This document shows positions 52,201 through 63,605 of a stretch of DNA of 64,000 nucleotides, in pieces. The notes below the pieces were generated by a model. That model saw only the letters and a list, made by a program, of their open reading frames with translations. It did not search any database and was not told the origin of the DNA. This DNA comes from Takakia lepidozioides (taxonomy: Eukaryota > Plantae > Bryophyta): contig CM060732.1 in the NCBI GenBank assembly GCA_030704615.1, positions 32,922,001 through 32,986,000 of the forward strand, given 5' to 3'. A program made the translations under genes and the position numbers. Numbering within the stretch: the stretch's first letter is position 1; every line of letters starts with the position of its first letter.

Positions 52201-54936
52201 TCCACGATTGACTCATCCACGAGGAGCTCATTACCTTTGGAATCCCTAGTAGAAACGTAAAAGACTGCGGATCCATCCAAATACCCATGCACAAACTCGG
52301 CCTCCAGCTTGAGAATGTCCTTGACGAGGGGTGTACGAACGACGGGCATGGAAACCAACCTACACAGGGGAATCTTCAACCTCCCACCCGGGGCAAGCAT
52401 ACTTTGCACCACAAGCTGAGAGTTTACCTTCTGACCCCCCAGCATCTCAGCGGCTTTGCTTTCATAGAACTCATCGTCCACATCAACAATTATCTCCTTC
52501 TCCTGACCCGAAAGGACCTCATCTGCCACACTTTGCATCTTCTCCTTCAGGGTTGTTTATTCAACTTGATATTAGAGAGGCATGAAACGTCGGCTGAGGC
52601 ATGAAAAAGTGGACTCAAAGAGTGTGCGTTGACGCACACTATTTTAAGCTGCCAGGTAAGTGTACATTGACCCTCACAGACATGTCCTATGTTGCCGAAA
52701 TCCACAGAAAAAGACAATGTAAAAGTTGGCTCAAACAGTGTGCGTTGACGCACACTGTTTCACTTGCCAGGTAAATGATCATTGACCATCTAATTGTGCC
52801 AGGTAAGTGTTCATTGTAAACTCCAAGATATGCGGCCGATTTCGGATGAAAAAAATGAAAATGTGAGTTCGAACAGTGTGACATGTACAGCTCAAACAGT
52901 GTGCGTTGACGCAAACTGTTTGAGCTGCCAGTGAGGGATTCTTTCATCCTCAGAAACGTGCTTTAAATGCCGAATTTCAATCGGAGAAAACCGTGACATG
53001 TAGAGCTCAAACAGTGTGCGCCAACGCACACTGTTTGAGCAGCCACTGAATGGTTATTTCATCATAAAAAACCTGCCCTGGAAGTCCGAATTTAACACCA
53101 AAAAAACAGTGACATGTACAGCTCAAACAGTGTGCGTTGACGCACACTGTTTGAGCTGCCAGTGAGGGATTTTTTCATCCTCAGAAACGTGCCCTAAATG
53201 TCGAATTTCAATCGGAAAAAACACTTACATGTTCAGCTCAAACAGTGTGCGCCAACGCACACTGTTTGAGCTGCCACTGAATGGTTATTTCATCATCATA
53301 CACCTGCCCTGGAAGTCCGAATTTAACACCAAAAAAACAGTGACATGTAGAGCTCAAACAGTGTACGTCAACGCACACTGTTTGACCTGCCACTGAAGGG
53401 TTCCTTCATCCTCAGAAACGTGCCCTAAATGCCGAATTTCAATCGGAAAAAACACTTACATGTTCAGCTCAAACAGTGTATGCCAACGCACACTGTTTGA
53501 GCTGCCACTGAATGGTTATTTCATCATCATAAACCTGCCGTGGAAGTCCGAATTTAACACCAAAAAAACAGTGACATGTACAGCTCAAACAGTGTGCGTT
53601 GACGGACACTGTTTGAGCTGCCAGTGAGGGATTCTTTCATCCTCAGAAACGTGCCCTAAATGCCGAATTTCAATCGGAAAAAACACTTACATGTTCAGCT
53701 CAAACAGTGTGCGCCAACGCATACTGTTTGAGCTGCCACTGAATGGTTATTTCATCATCATAAACCTGCTCTGGAAGTCCGAATTTAACTCGGAAAAAAC
53801 ACTTACATGTTCAGCTCAAACAGTGTGCGCCAACGCACACTGTTTGAGCTGCCACTGAATGGTTATTTCATCATCATAAACCTGCCCTGGAAGTCCGAAT
53901 TTCAATCGGAAAAAACACTTACATGTTCAACTCAAACAGTGTGCGCCAACGCACACTGTTTCAGCTGCCACTGACTGGTTATTTCATCATCATTAACCTG
54001 CCCTAGAAGTCCGAATTTCAATCGAAAAAAACACTTACATGTTCAGCTCAAACAGTGTGCGCCAACGCACACTGTTTGAGCTGCCACTGAATGGTTATTT
54101 CATCATCATAAACCTGCCCTGGAAGTCCGAATTTCAATCGGAAAAAACACTTACATGTTCAGCTCAAACAGTGTGCGCCAACGCACACTGTTTGAGCTGC
54201 CACTGAATGGTTATTTCATCATCAGAAACGTGCCCTAAAGGGCGAATTCAACACTTACAACCGTGACATGTAGAGCTCAAACAGTGTGCGCCAACGCACA
54301 CTATTTGAGCTGCCACTGAAGGGTTCTCTCGTCCTGACATACATATCCTGGAAAACCGATATCCAGACGGAAACAGCAGTGAAATATTCAGCTCAACTCA
54401 CACTGATTGAGCTTGCAATTTGGGTTGTATTGAACCTGCTGTAGTGCCCAAGTTTGGGCGTTTCGCACCTGAACAATCAAGCAAATTGGTAGGCCCAAAC
54501 AGTGTGCGTTGCCGCACACTGTTTGAGCTTCCAGTTTGCGGTGCTTTCAGCCTGGTGCAGATGTCCTGTGTGGGCTATATTCATATCAGCAACGAAACAC
54601 AAATGTGGGTCTTAAAGATTTCACCTTTTTCTTGGCTGCTCCAGAAGACTCCCCAATTGTCGGGGACCCTTTGCGCTTCGGGCTGCTCTCTGCGCCGAGC
54701 GTGTACGTGAGCCTCTCCCCCTTTCTCTTTCCCGCAGGTAGACTCCTCGTGAGGCCACCTTCAACATCCTCTTCCATCTCGTCTGTCTCTCCCTCAAATG
54801 CGGTGTCCTCTTCATCTGTTCTTGGAACTATGGCGGGCTGATGTTCTTCTGCTGATTGTTGCTCCTCCATCGCCACACTTTCCTCTACTCCCTCTTCTAC
54901 CTCCTTTTCCTCTTTGTCCACTCTTTCCATCCTCAT
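49221..54936 (-). pseudogene. Spliced ParB/Srx-domain plus amino-DNA-methyltransferase-like gene (~985 aa recoverable, 3'-truncated)
   Basis: Phase-consistent exons: 54625-54936 (tentative, acidic; weak TGAAG acceptor at 52544), 51949-52544, 51661-51853, 51116-51556, 50773-50996, 49986-50637, 49545-49883, 49221-49418. ParB/Srx signature VWDGNHRLLAW at 52083-52097. Motif-IV-like AELIILDILDGL..WN..FL.D.GVL at ~49700-49830. Ends at VPWRGP, before the expected SAM-binding motif. In-frame stops at 52014 and 50790. Confidence 0.7.
52610..54530. repeat. Tandem array of ~116-bp units, each with the palindrome (C)AGCTCAAACAGTGTGCG-N4-CGCACACTGTTTGAGCT(G)
   Basis: Palindrome cores at 52617, 52733, 52894, 53009, 53125, 53240, 53356, 53471, 53587, 53702, 53818, 53934, 54050, 54166, 54279 and 54497. 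Confidence 0.96.
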
Positions 54937-55882
54937 TCTATCTCTGGCTCTATTCCTGTTTCTAGAGCTCGTGAAGTATAGTGACTTCCTTCTCTTCCTC
55001 CTCCGCTGGAAACAAGGGCTCACCACGATGCCTCTAGAGCTCTCCAGTTTGATGTTTGTAACAAGTGTTGCTATGGCATGTAACCAAAATCGAAATTGGA
55101 CGTTGTCAACCATATTTGGATGCGGGTGTTGTTATTGTGTGCGAACGGAATTCATCCATTCCGTCGTCTCCATATTATCCAAGCAATAAAGCGCTAGAAA
55201 AAAAGTACATCCGTTGCATGCACTAGCGATATATGTCAGATGTACTGCGCCGCCTGCGAATACACCGCGGCCTTCTTGCTTTCTTTCAAACTCGGATGTG
55301 CCATAGAAATCTAATGCTAGTTCATTTTCGAGCAGTTCTTGCAGATCCGCAATAATTGTTATGCTTCACATATGCATCCACGTGTGTTGTACTGCCTACC
55401 CTGTGGTTTGCATTTTACCGTAACCGTCGCCATGGGGTCATTCGGCATAAAGGGTTCTGTCGGATACGACCATGTCTGGCACGCATTCGTGCGAGGTATC
55501 TTCTGCAGTGTCAGTGTTTGTGTTGTGCTCTTCTAGCACAGCACAACCTCATGACATTTGTGGTCTTCCTGTTTACTGCTCTCCAGGGTTGTTGCCGTCT
55601 TTTCATAATGGATGGTTTCATGTCGTTTTCAGTGTTTGTTTTCATCCATAAACAGCACGGCTTCTTGTAGTATTTGAAAACAGTTTTTCTGGTTAGTGCC
55701 TCTTGGCGTTGCTGTTTCCAAAGTGAAGGTGCATCTCATCCTACATCCTTTGCATGCATCACCTGCAACCTTTGGGTTGGAGCTACCCTTGTTGACCTCA
55801 GTTTGCTTGTCTTAATTCCCCTTTCGGTAATTGCGGGCTATCAGTTCGAGGATTCCGCAACTTTCGTTCAGTGAGGGAAAAC

Positions 55883-58800
55883 ATGTCGAGGGAGCGAGAT
55901 ACACTTGCTCGATTCCATTCCAATGCAGGTACTCTTCCACTGACTGCCACTGCAGACGACGATGGGTTTGCAGTTGTTCATGAGGATGAGCTGGTTACAG
56001 TGTTCCCGCTGGAGTTGGGTTCTCTCCTTGTTCAAAAAGAGGTGTATGACGAGGATGGGAATTTGGATTCTGGGCACTTGGAGAAACCATTGGTTGGCAA
56101 GTGTGGAAGGAAGTGGAGAGTCCTTCTAGGCACATACCGTGTCCTTGGAAAAGAGAGAAGACAATCAGCAGGATCGGTCGTTACCCCTAGCACTGCAGCA
56201 TCGGTCGTGCAACAGAAGGGCATAGTTCATGTGAAACAAGAGGTGAGTACATCCACTACCTTCGTGACTCTTTCAGACTCGTCCTCGGAGGATGTTTATG
56301 AGATTCCTCCGCCAGTGCAGACTCCGTCATTGGATGATGACGAACTGCAAGAGATAACGAGTGTCATTCCAAAATTGAAAGCCCTCGCAGGTGTGCCTGG
56401 GTGCAAGAGCGAGCTGCGTTTTGTTGATTGGGAGTCCCTTCCTGTGCAACGGGTTCAATACGTGCCAGCACAGTTTGATGGGGACATCCTGTTTGAGCTC
56501 AACCCTCCCACCTCTTCCACTGGACTGGCTGGGCTTTTACAGGGCATGGACAAGAAACATGACGGACATCCTTGGTGCAGGACAAAAACGTCGAACATCC
56601 ATAACGACATTGGCTTGAAATTTCAGAGGTTGGTCTGCGTTGGGCATTGTAAGTGCCAGAATATTTCTTGCCCTTGCCTGAGAAACAGCGCTCAACCAAA
56701 CGAAAGTGAGTGGGAAGGTGTGCCCCTGAATCCTTTCACCCCAGGGCTTGCCCCTCCCAGGACCAATACTTTCGTGTGCAGGTTCTGCAAACTTTCCCCG
56801 TCCTGTGTTTCTGTGTGCCACGCTCGTATGTATCAGGTGGCACACCGATGCAAGACAATGACTCGTGCCTGCATTCATATGGGTGCACACGAGCATCCTG
56901 TGTCCAAAGGAAGTTGCAGGGATAGCGTGGACATCGCTAGAAATCTGCTGAAGCGGGAGTTCCACAATGCCCCTTGTGCAACACCTTCTGCTATAGCGCT
57001 TGCAGCTAGCAAGGCATTCCTGGAGAAACACATACTGGGTGAAGGGGATGCGACACAACTTATGCTGGATGCAGATTTGCTTAATGCAGTCATGGACCAT
57101 TTCTCCGTGTTGAGCTCTCCCAATATTCGAAACCAGGTGAATGCACTCAGAATGGGCACAGGCACTGCTAGATTCATGGACAACATTATGGACCTGAAAC
57201 GGAGGAGTCGCTATGAATTCATTCAAAACAGTATCTTCCCTGGCCAGGGCTCGTCCAAGGTGTATTTGTTCAAGATGTCCGCTGTGGGCGAAGGCAGTGG
57301 TGTGAGCATTGTCCGCCGTATGCAACCAGGAGGAGATTTGGCTAAATGTTGGTTAATGTTTGATCACTGCAAACGGGTGAAGGGTTGGACAACCATGGCG
57401 TGCCATGTGTATGATCCTGCGTACCAGCGTGTGCTCTCCATAGCAATTTGTGATATGCAGTCGGAGGACACTGAATCCCAGATGCTCATGTGGAATTCGC
57501 TCTTGGCCGTCATGCAGCGCAATGGAATACAAAACACAAATTTTGCGGGCTTCATGGCTGATAGTGCACAGGCAAATTTCAATGCAGTGCGATGCGTGTT
57601 TGGTTCGGGGGATCCTAAGGTCCCAATGGAAAATAGGGAGCGCACATGCCTCTTCCATTGGACTCAATCTCTGGCACGTCATACAAAGCGCTGCATTCGC
57701 CCTGACCTGCAGTTGGAGCACAGAAGGCTCTCTCTCAAGTACAAGAATGCCACCTCAATGGGAGAAGCTGAGAGCACTTACCAGGCAATCCGGGCTTGGT
57801 GGTTCTCCTCTGGTGCTGCAACAGGTACCCACGTAAAGGAATTGGAGGTCTGGTTGGTTTTCTGGCACTTCAGGTACAGACAGTGGGGAGCTTTCATGAC
57901 GACGGTAAGCCTCTTCAATCCCAAAAACAGAAATTTTGCATCGTGCCTGTTCATTTGGGGTTCTTCGATTGTCACTTGAAGAACCTCTACCATTTGTTTT
58001 CGTTCCTCACATATCCATGCAATGCCTCCTGCAGGACATGTCCTTGGAGGACTTGGCCAACATGCCATCCTGTAATTTGGCGGAGACTATTCACAACGCC
58101 TGGATGCAGCAGTCTACCAAAGCAGGTCGTGACTTGTATGTGGCCACTGCTGATGACATGGTGCGTACACTTACACAACAAACCAGGTACCGCAATTTTC
58201 TGATGGGACGGGGTGGAGGTAAGGGCCCTGATACGACTTTGTTGATGCTAAGGGCTGCGAGTAGGTCCGGAGTCCCGTCAAAGATGGCCAGAGCTCTAAA
58301 CAGATGCACTGAAAGGTCCCCTCTACAATCCAGGATCCCCCATTTGGAAGGCGAGGAAAGATTTGGATCATGCAAAAGGAAATTGAACACTCTTCCAGGG
58401 TCAGATGGAGATTCCCATCGGCCAGACAGGGTCAATTTCTCTGTGCCAAAGGTGTCTCCACTGCAGACTGAGTCGTATGCCCGCCCCTTCCCAGGTGGGT
58501 CCTCCTCCAGTGGAGCAGGTGCAGAACATACAAGCACAGCAGCGGGAATCCCATTGGAGGAGGCGGTGGCCATGGTGCAGGAATCCGATTGCATTGATAG
58601 TGAGTGGCATATAGAACACACCCCACCAGGATCTAGAGTGGCTTGCATGGCAATTCGGACCCCCTCATTCAAGAAATGCAAATCAAAGATATGCAAAGGC
58701 TCCAGGGGGACTCCAGCTCCAACATTCACAGGGTTGTTCCGACCTTATCGTAGTGGGGAGTCAAAGGACCACAAATTTTGGTTCTGCCCAGACGATATGG

Positions 58801-59447
58801 CACAATGCGTGAAGGGAACAGTTCGTCCTTCGGTGATAATGAAACCCCCTCCCCCCGCAATTTGGCCTGTGCAAATTGGGACGTCGCTGTCATCAACCGA
58901 GATAAGCATGTTGGAGGAGGGAGGGTTCTGTCTTGCACGGTCCCGGGTGGTGCCCTCATGCACTGTCGGCACAGATGTGCCACATGCTCCGGCAATGCCG
59001 CCACCCGGTGCCGACTCCCACCCAACAAAAAGAGATGGAAAAACAGTGCGCCGTTTCGCTTCGGGTGCAGATCACGAATGCAAGATGGAATCTGCTAGAA
59101 TTTTGCAGGCTCGGGTGTCTCGTTTCACCAAAGTCCCTTCTCCGGGGTATGGACGGATTTACACAGTGCTGTCAATTGGGTCAGTTCTTCATGACAAAGA
59201 ATATCAGGTTACCGTCGGGAATTTCCCTTCGTGCACTTGTCCGGACTTTGTAACGATGCGTGAGGGCGCTCTCGGCATGAGAGGGAAGTCGGTCCCCTGC
59301 AAGCATCAATATTACATATATTTTGTGATTATGTGTTGCGACGGTAAGAGAGACCAATTCATCCACCAAGCCACACTAGGCTATGGAGAAGTGAACACCC
59401 TTCTACAGCGGGACACCTCGCGTGGAGCTCCGCCAACTTCTCTTTGA
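55883..59447 (+). CDS. Mutator-like (MULE) transposase, apparently intact, ~1144 aa, with N-terminal GCM/WRKY-like Zn finger and C-terminal SWIM
   Basis: Exons 55883-57904 and 58035-59447 (GT-AG, phase 0). DGHPW..C.G.C.C..C...C..C...C...H.G.H.HP; catalytic D (WLMFDH), D (FMADSA), CxxH (CLFH), E (NLAETIH); SWIM PSCTCPDF...PCKHQYY. Confidence 0.85.
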
Positions 59448-59866
59448 ACACATACGAGCCATGCCCGCTTCCCATGCTGGTTTGCAGGTTGCCGTGTGAA
59501 GACTTTGCATTTATGACAAACATATGGATTTTGTTTACGGAACCAGGGCAAATGCACATGCAATTCATTGTAAGCGTCTATCTGTGAATTGAAATAAACT
59601 GTGACAATCATTCTGAGCTCAAATCTGCCATGTTTTCATATTTCTGTTTTTGAGCGGGCATTGCAGACATGGTGTGTGTTGGCCCCCTTTGTTTTGACCA
59701 CGGTAATAGGCCCTCTTCCTGCAATCCTCGCCTATAGGACCTTCTTCTCCAGCAAATTCGTGCCGCTCACGCTTCCCTGAAGCATGAGCTCAGCTCACGT
59801 TTTGTAGCTTGACCGTGAGCTCAGCTCCCAGGCTCACGGGGCTAGGCTCACGCCGTAGCTACGCTC

Positions 59867-60002
59867 GTTACAATGTCTGCATAGTCGTCGACCCTGCACT
59901 CCCTCGTGTTTCAAGTGATTCAGCAATTGGGTGATTCCTATGTAGGTTTGTATCATTCCCTAGCATTACCAGGTCTGAGCCCTATCACACTCTGCATACC
60001 TT
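59867..60002. repeat. ~140-bp dispersed repeat (copy 2; copy 1 at 4358-4498)
   Basis: High identity to 4358-4498; sits at the point where the second MULE transposase is cut off. Confidence 0.85.
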
Positions 60003-63000
60003 ACGTCCACGGAGCTCTGAATAGTGCAAGCCATCCCAAGAGCATTGGCAATCCGAGTCTCATTCAACTTGTTGGGAGGGTGTCGTATCTTCACTCTTCC
60101 GAATCGCATTGTGGGATGTGCAGAATTGTCCAATCCGTCTCTACTGGACCGAACAGTCTGCAATGGCTGGGTCTGAGGAACCGGAAATGCGTGGGCCGGG
60201 ATGTCTGTGCGTTGCACCATTCGAAATCCTGCTGCAGGTAGAGCATCCGCCTCATTCTGAGAGAGGCTGCAACCCGGTGCAACAGGCCAGACGCCCGGAG
60301 GCTCCGACATTCCCTGAATCCCGTACTTGGGCTTGCCAAATACACAGGTCATTATGTCGTGCCAACAGAACCAAAATGTCTGCGTTGTGGCGTGAGCAAA
60401 TGTGGGAGTCAAAAATCTGCCGCTGAAACAAGGTGCAGGTACAGCACCGTGTGGGTTCCTCCGAATTATCTCACCACAGCGTGCTCTCGTATCCACCCGG
60501 ATGGCGCAACACTTCCCTCGAAATGCCGGCAATGTCCTCGCAATTCTCCATTGTGACTCCGACACTCTTGTCTCCACAATGGGAATGTTGTATTGCTTTA
60601 CTACAGATGGCTCGTTATGTTGCCGGGGCACGCGCCCTGTGCTCAAAGGAGATGACGATCTTGAACGTGCAGGACTTCCGGTGCTCGACGAGACCTCCTC
60701 GGACAACATCACCGGACCACGAGGGAGCGTGCGAATATTCTTGTCAGCTCGCCATGAATCCTCTTCTCCGCCAGGTGCCTCGTCAAGTCTTCGTCTCACG
60801 GGACGGGTATGAACATCTCCTTCCAAATGTTGGCCTCTTCGCAGCAATGGCGTGTCCTGAAGGCCCTCTCGCAAGGCCGCCGCCCACTTCCGAGGATTCT
60901 TCGATCTGGAGGCAGTCCGCATCAGCATTTCTTGCCTGTCCGGCCCCAAGCCCCACTGTTTCCCTTTCAAGAACTCGTTGTACCTGCATTGCTGCATAAT
61001 TGACCTCACAATGTCCTCCGTTGTGGCAGTGAGGATGTCCACCAGATGCGCCGCAGAGGAGGCACGCCAGGAAGAGTGCACTGATTCTGCCATGTTTGTC
61101 GTGGGCATGTCGGTGTCGGAGTCGAGACACATTTCCTGCACAAGCACATGTTGAGGTTACAAGCAAGTTACAAATATGGCCAAGAATAATATCCAACGGG
61201 ACGCAAATTCGTGCAACTCACCTCCCGCATATAGTCGCCGAACTGGAGGAAACGATAATGCCACCATGCTAGCCAACTGACCATTGCTCCTTTGTCTGAT
61301 TTCCTTACAGCACCTGACGATGTCCACCAAGCCCGTATGCATGCAAACTGTGTCTCTGCATCATCCAAGGTGGGAGCGCGCTTCCACGCAAGGCACATGG
61401 AACGGTGCTCCTCTCTGAAATCTGGCGCCACGAGCCTGGTTGTGTACTGCGAAAGGCTCTGCAGAAAATGGAACCCACAAGATCTCTCGTTGCCTTCCAT
61501 GGGAACATTGGGGTCTTGCCCGTACACCCTTTGGATGGCAGCCCAATTTGCTTGTGCGTTGTCCGCCATGAAACCACGGAAATTGGGAGGGGGCAATCCC
61601 GCCTTGGCCATCTGTTTGTTTATTCCCTGCCAAAGAAGCATCTCCGATTGTGTGTCCTCTCCTTTCATCTCACAAATAGCAATTGTCATTAGCATCCTGC
61701 AGTGGGTGTCGTAGACATGTGCACCCATTGTCACCCACTGGTGATTTGTAATTCGCTTGATATGGTCGAACATGACCCAACTGTTTGACAAGTTCCCACT
61801 CGTCATCCTGTCGACCAGTTTGACGCCACTGCCAGGTCCACATGTGGACATTTTGAATACGAAACAACGATCTGCCTCAGTCCCTTGTCCTGGAAACCTA
61901 CTTCCATGAATGTAGTCATATCCACATCGTCGCTTCACCTCCAGAATGGAGTGCATATCCGAGCCACGCCCGATTTTCTGTTTGCATGAGACAATGTGGT
62001 TTCGGACATTCGGTGAACATACGTGGGACACCGACTCCAGCAATGCCTCCATTTCCTTCTCGTCGAGAGGAACTCTATCGGAGCCGTCTTCCGACATAAT
62101 TCTGGCCAATGCCATCTTATGGGCGGCTTGGAGCTGTATCTGTTTGGGTTTGGCACCCGGTCTCAACTTAACCTCCTCCTGAACGAGCTGCTCTGCTTCA
62201 TGGGCAGCCTCCCGCGAGTTCCCCCTCGCCAATTTGTGACAATGGGAACCAACGTGTATGCAAGCTCGGGTGAGGTCAGGGAAACGGTGCAACACATAGA
62301 ACTGCTTGGCATTACAAACAGACATGCAGTGTGGTGGTTCTTTGCAATGCGCACACTTAAATGTGGAGTTCGGAACCTTCTCCTGAGCTCGAAATGGTTG
62401 GTGAGCTGTGCCTGTCCAATCGGTCTCGTTCCTGTGACCTCTGGATTTAAAGTGGAAGCAAGTTGGGGAGAAACACCGCAACGCGCCCGCACAAACAACG
62501 TAGCGCACCCGCACACCATCGAGCATCTTCATGCTGGTGGTTTTGGTAACGCACCAAGGATGACCGTCATGTTTTCTATCCATATCTGTCAACATTCCGG
62601 ACGTCCTCGAGTAGTCCGCCCGAGGAGGGAACTCAAAGAAGATATTACCGTCGACGTTGGCGGGAAGGCATGTAACCGATTTAATTGCGAACTTGCTGTA
62701 GTCCAGCCCGGCCAGCTCCGACCGGTGTCCCTCCAGGTGAAGCCCTCGCAGAATTTCTAGAATAGATCGAACTGCGGTGCTCGTGCTGGGAATATGACTC
62801 CCTCCTCCACTGACATCCATTGAGGACTTGCCTGATCTCCAGGACGACCTCGGAACTTCCATGACCTCGTCTGAGTCGGACAGGTTGTGAACAACCCGGT
62901 TCTCGCTCGTCTTCATGGATGGGTTCAGCTCTGGATTTACTTCGTTGCGGACTTCTCTCTTTGAGGTACCCACTCTCTGATTCGCGGATTGTTTCGTGGA

Positions 63001-63309
63001 AGGCGCCAGGATAGACGGTGCATTTGGCGGGCAAATGAAGTCCCCAACAGCCCTGTATATGACGCTGTCCGATGGTGGAACTCGCCATTCCCTGCCATCG
63101 CCGAAATCATCGTGGAGCACAACAATACTCTCGACAACAAGGCCGTTTGAGTCCTTCCTTTCCTCCTCCAAAAAAACCGACCCCGGTTTCAGGTGGTATC
63201 GAACGCACAGATATTTCTCCATCACCCGGCAGGTGTCCCCTCTGCACGGAAATGAAGCTCTATGCTCGTGAGGAGGGCAGTACACTGTAGCGCTCGGGTT
63301 TTCCGCCAT
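59966..63309 (-). pseudogene. Second, divergent MULE transposase paralog, truncated before SWIM
   Basis: Exons 61222-63309 and 61135-~60003, with the intron at the same position as in the plus-strand copy. MDRKHDGHPWC, WVMFDH, FMADNAQAN, CGFH, TNMAESVH, FWFC..D...CV.G, PP.VWPV. Similarity stops at the 140-bp repeat. Confidence 0.85.
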
Positions 63310-63605
63310 GGGAGATGTGCACACAAGACTGCCAGGATGGCGTGCGGGGAAGCTCCCTGGTAGAAGGGGGTGCAGCGATGGGAATGAATGCGATGCCGAT
63401 TTGTCCGAGCGACGAAGCCTGATCCAAATCCAGGGAGCCAACTATCTCAAAAATCCACAGTCAGAGTGTTAATGAACATTGTCTCCGGAATGCGGCCCCT
63501 CGTCTTTGCGCAATAACTGCCAACGGTATGCAGTCAGAAAGTGGGGGGCCGTCCGGATGATGACGGCTGAAGGGGAGAAGCCGGCACCGTGCCCTCACAT
63601 TACTA

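Noticed and set aside
52014-52538. Bacterial contamination or recent bacterial parB transfer
   Set aside because: The ParB-like segment is one exon of a gene with several phase-consistent GT-AG introns, embedded among plant transposons.
52610-54530. CRISPR-like appearance (palindromic repeats at regular spacing; also 54-1808)
   Set aside because: Spacers are near-identical copies rather than unique sequences, no cas genes are present, and the context is eukaryotic.
54-54530. Single giant element bounded by the two inverted arrays and capturing ORC3 and CUL4
   Set aside because: Array spacers are only ~60% alike, no TIR or TSD was seen, and the host genes look like ordinary resident loci. 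Independent insertions of related elements is the simpler explanation.
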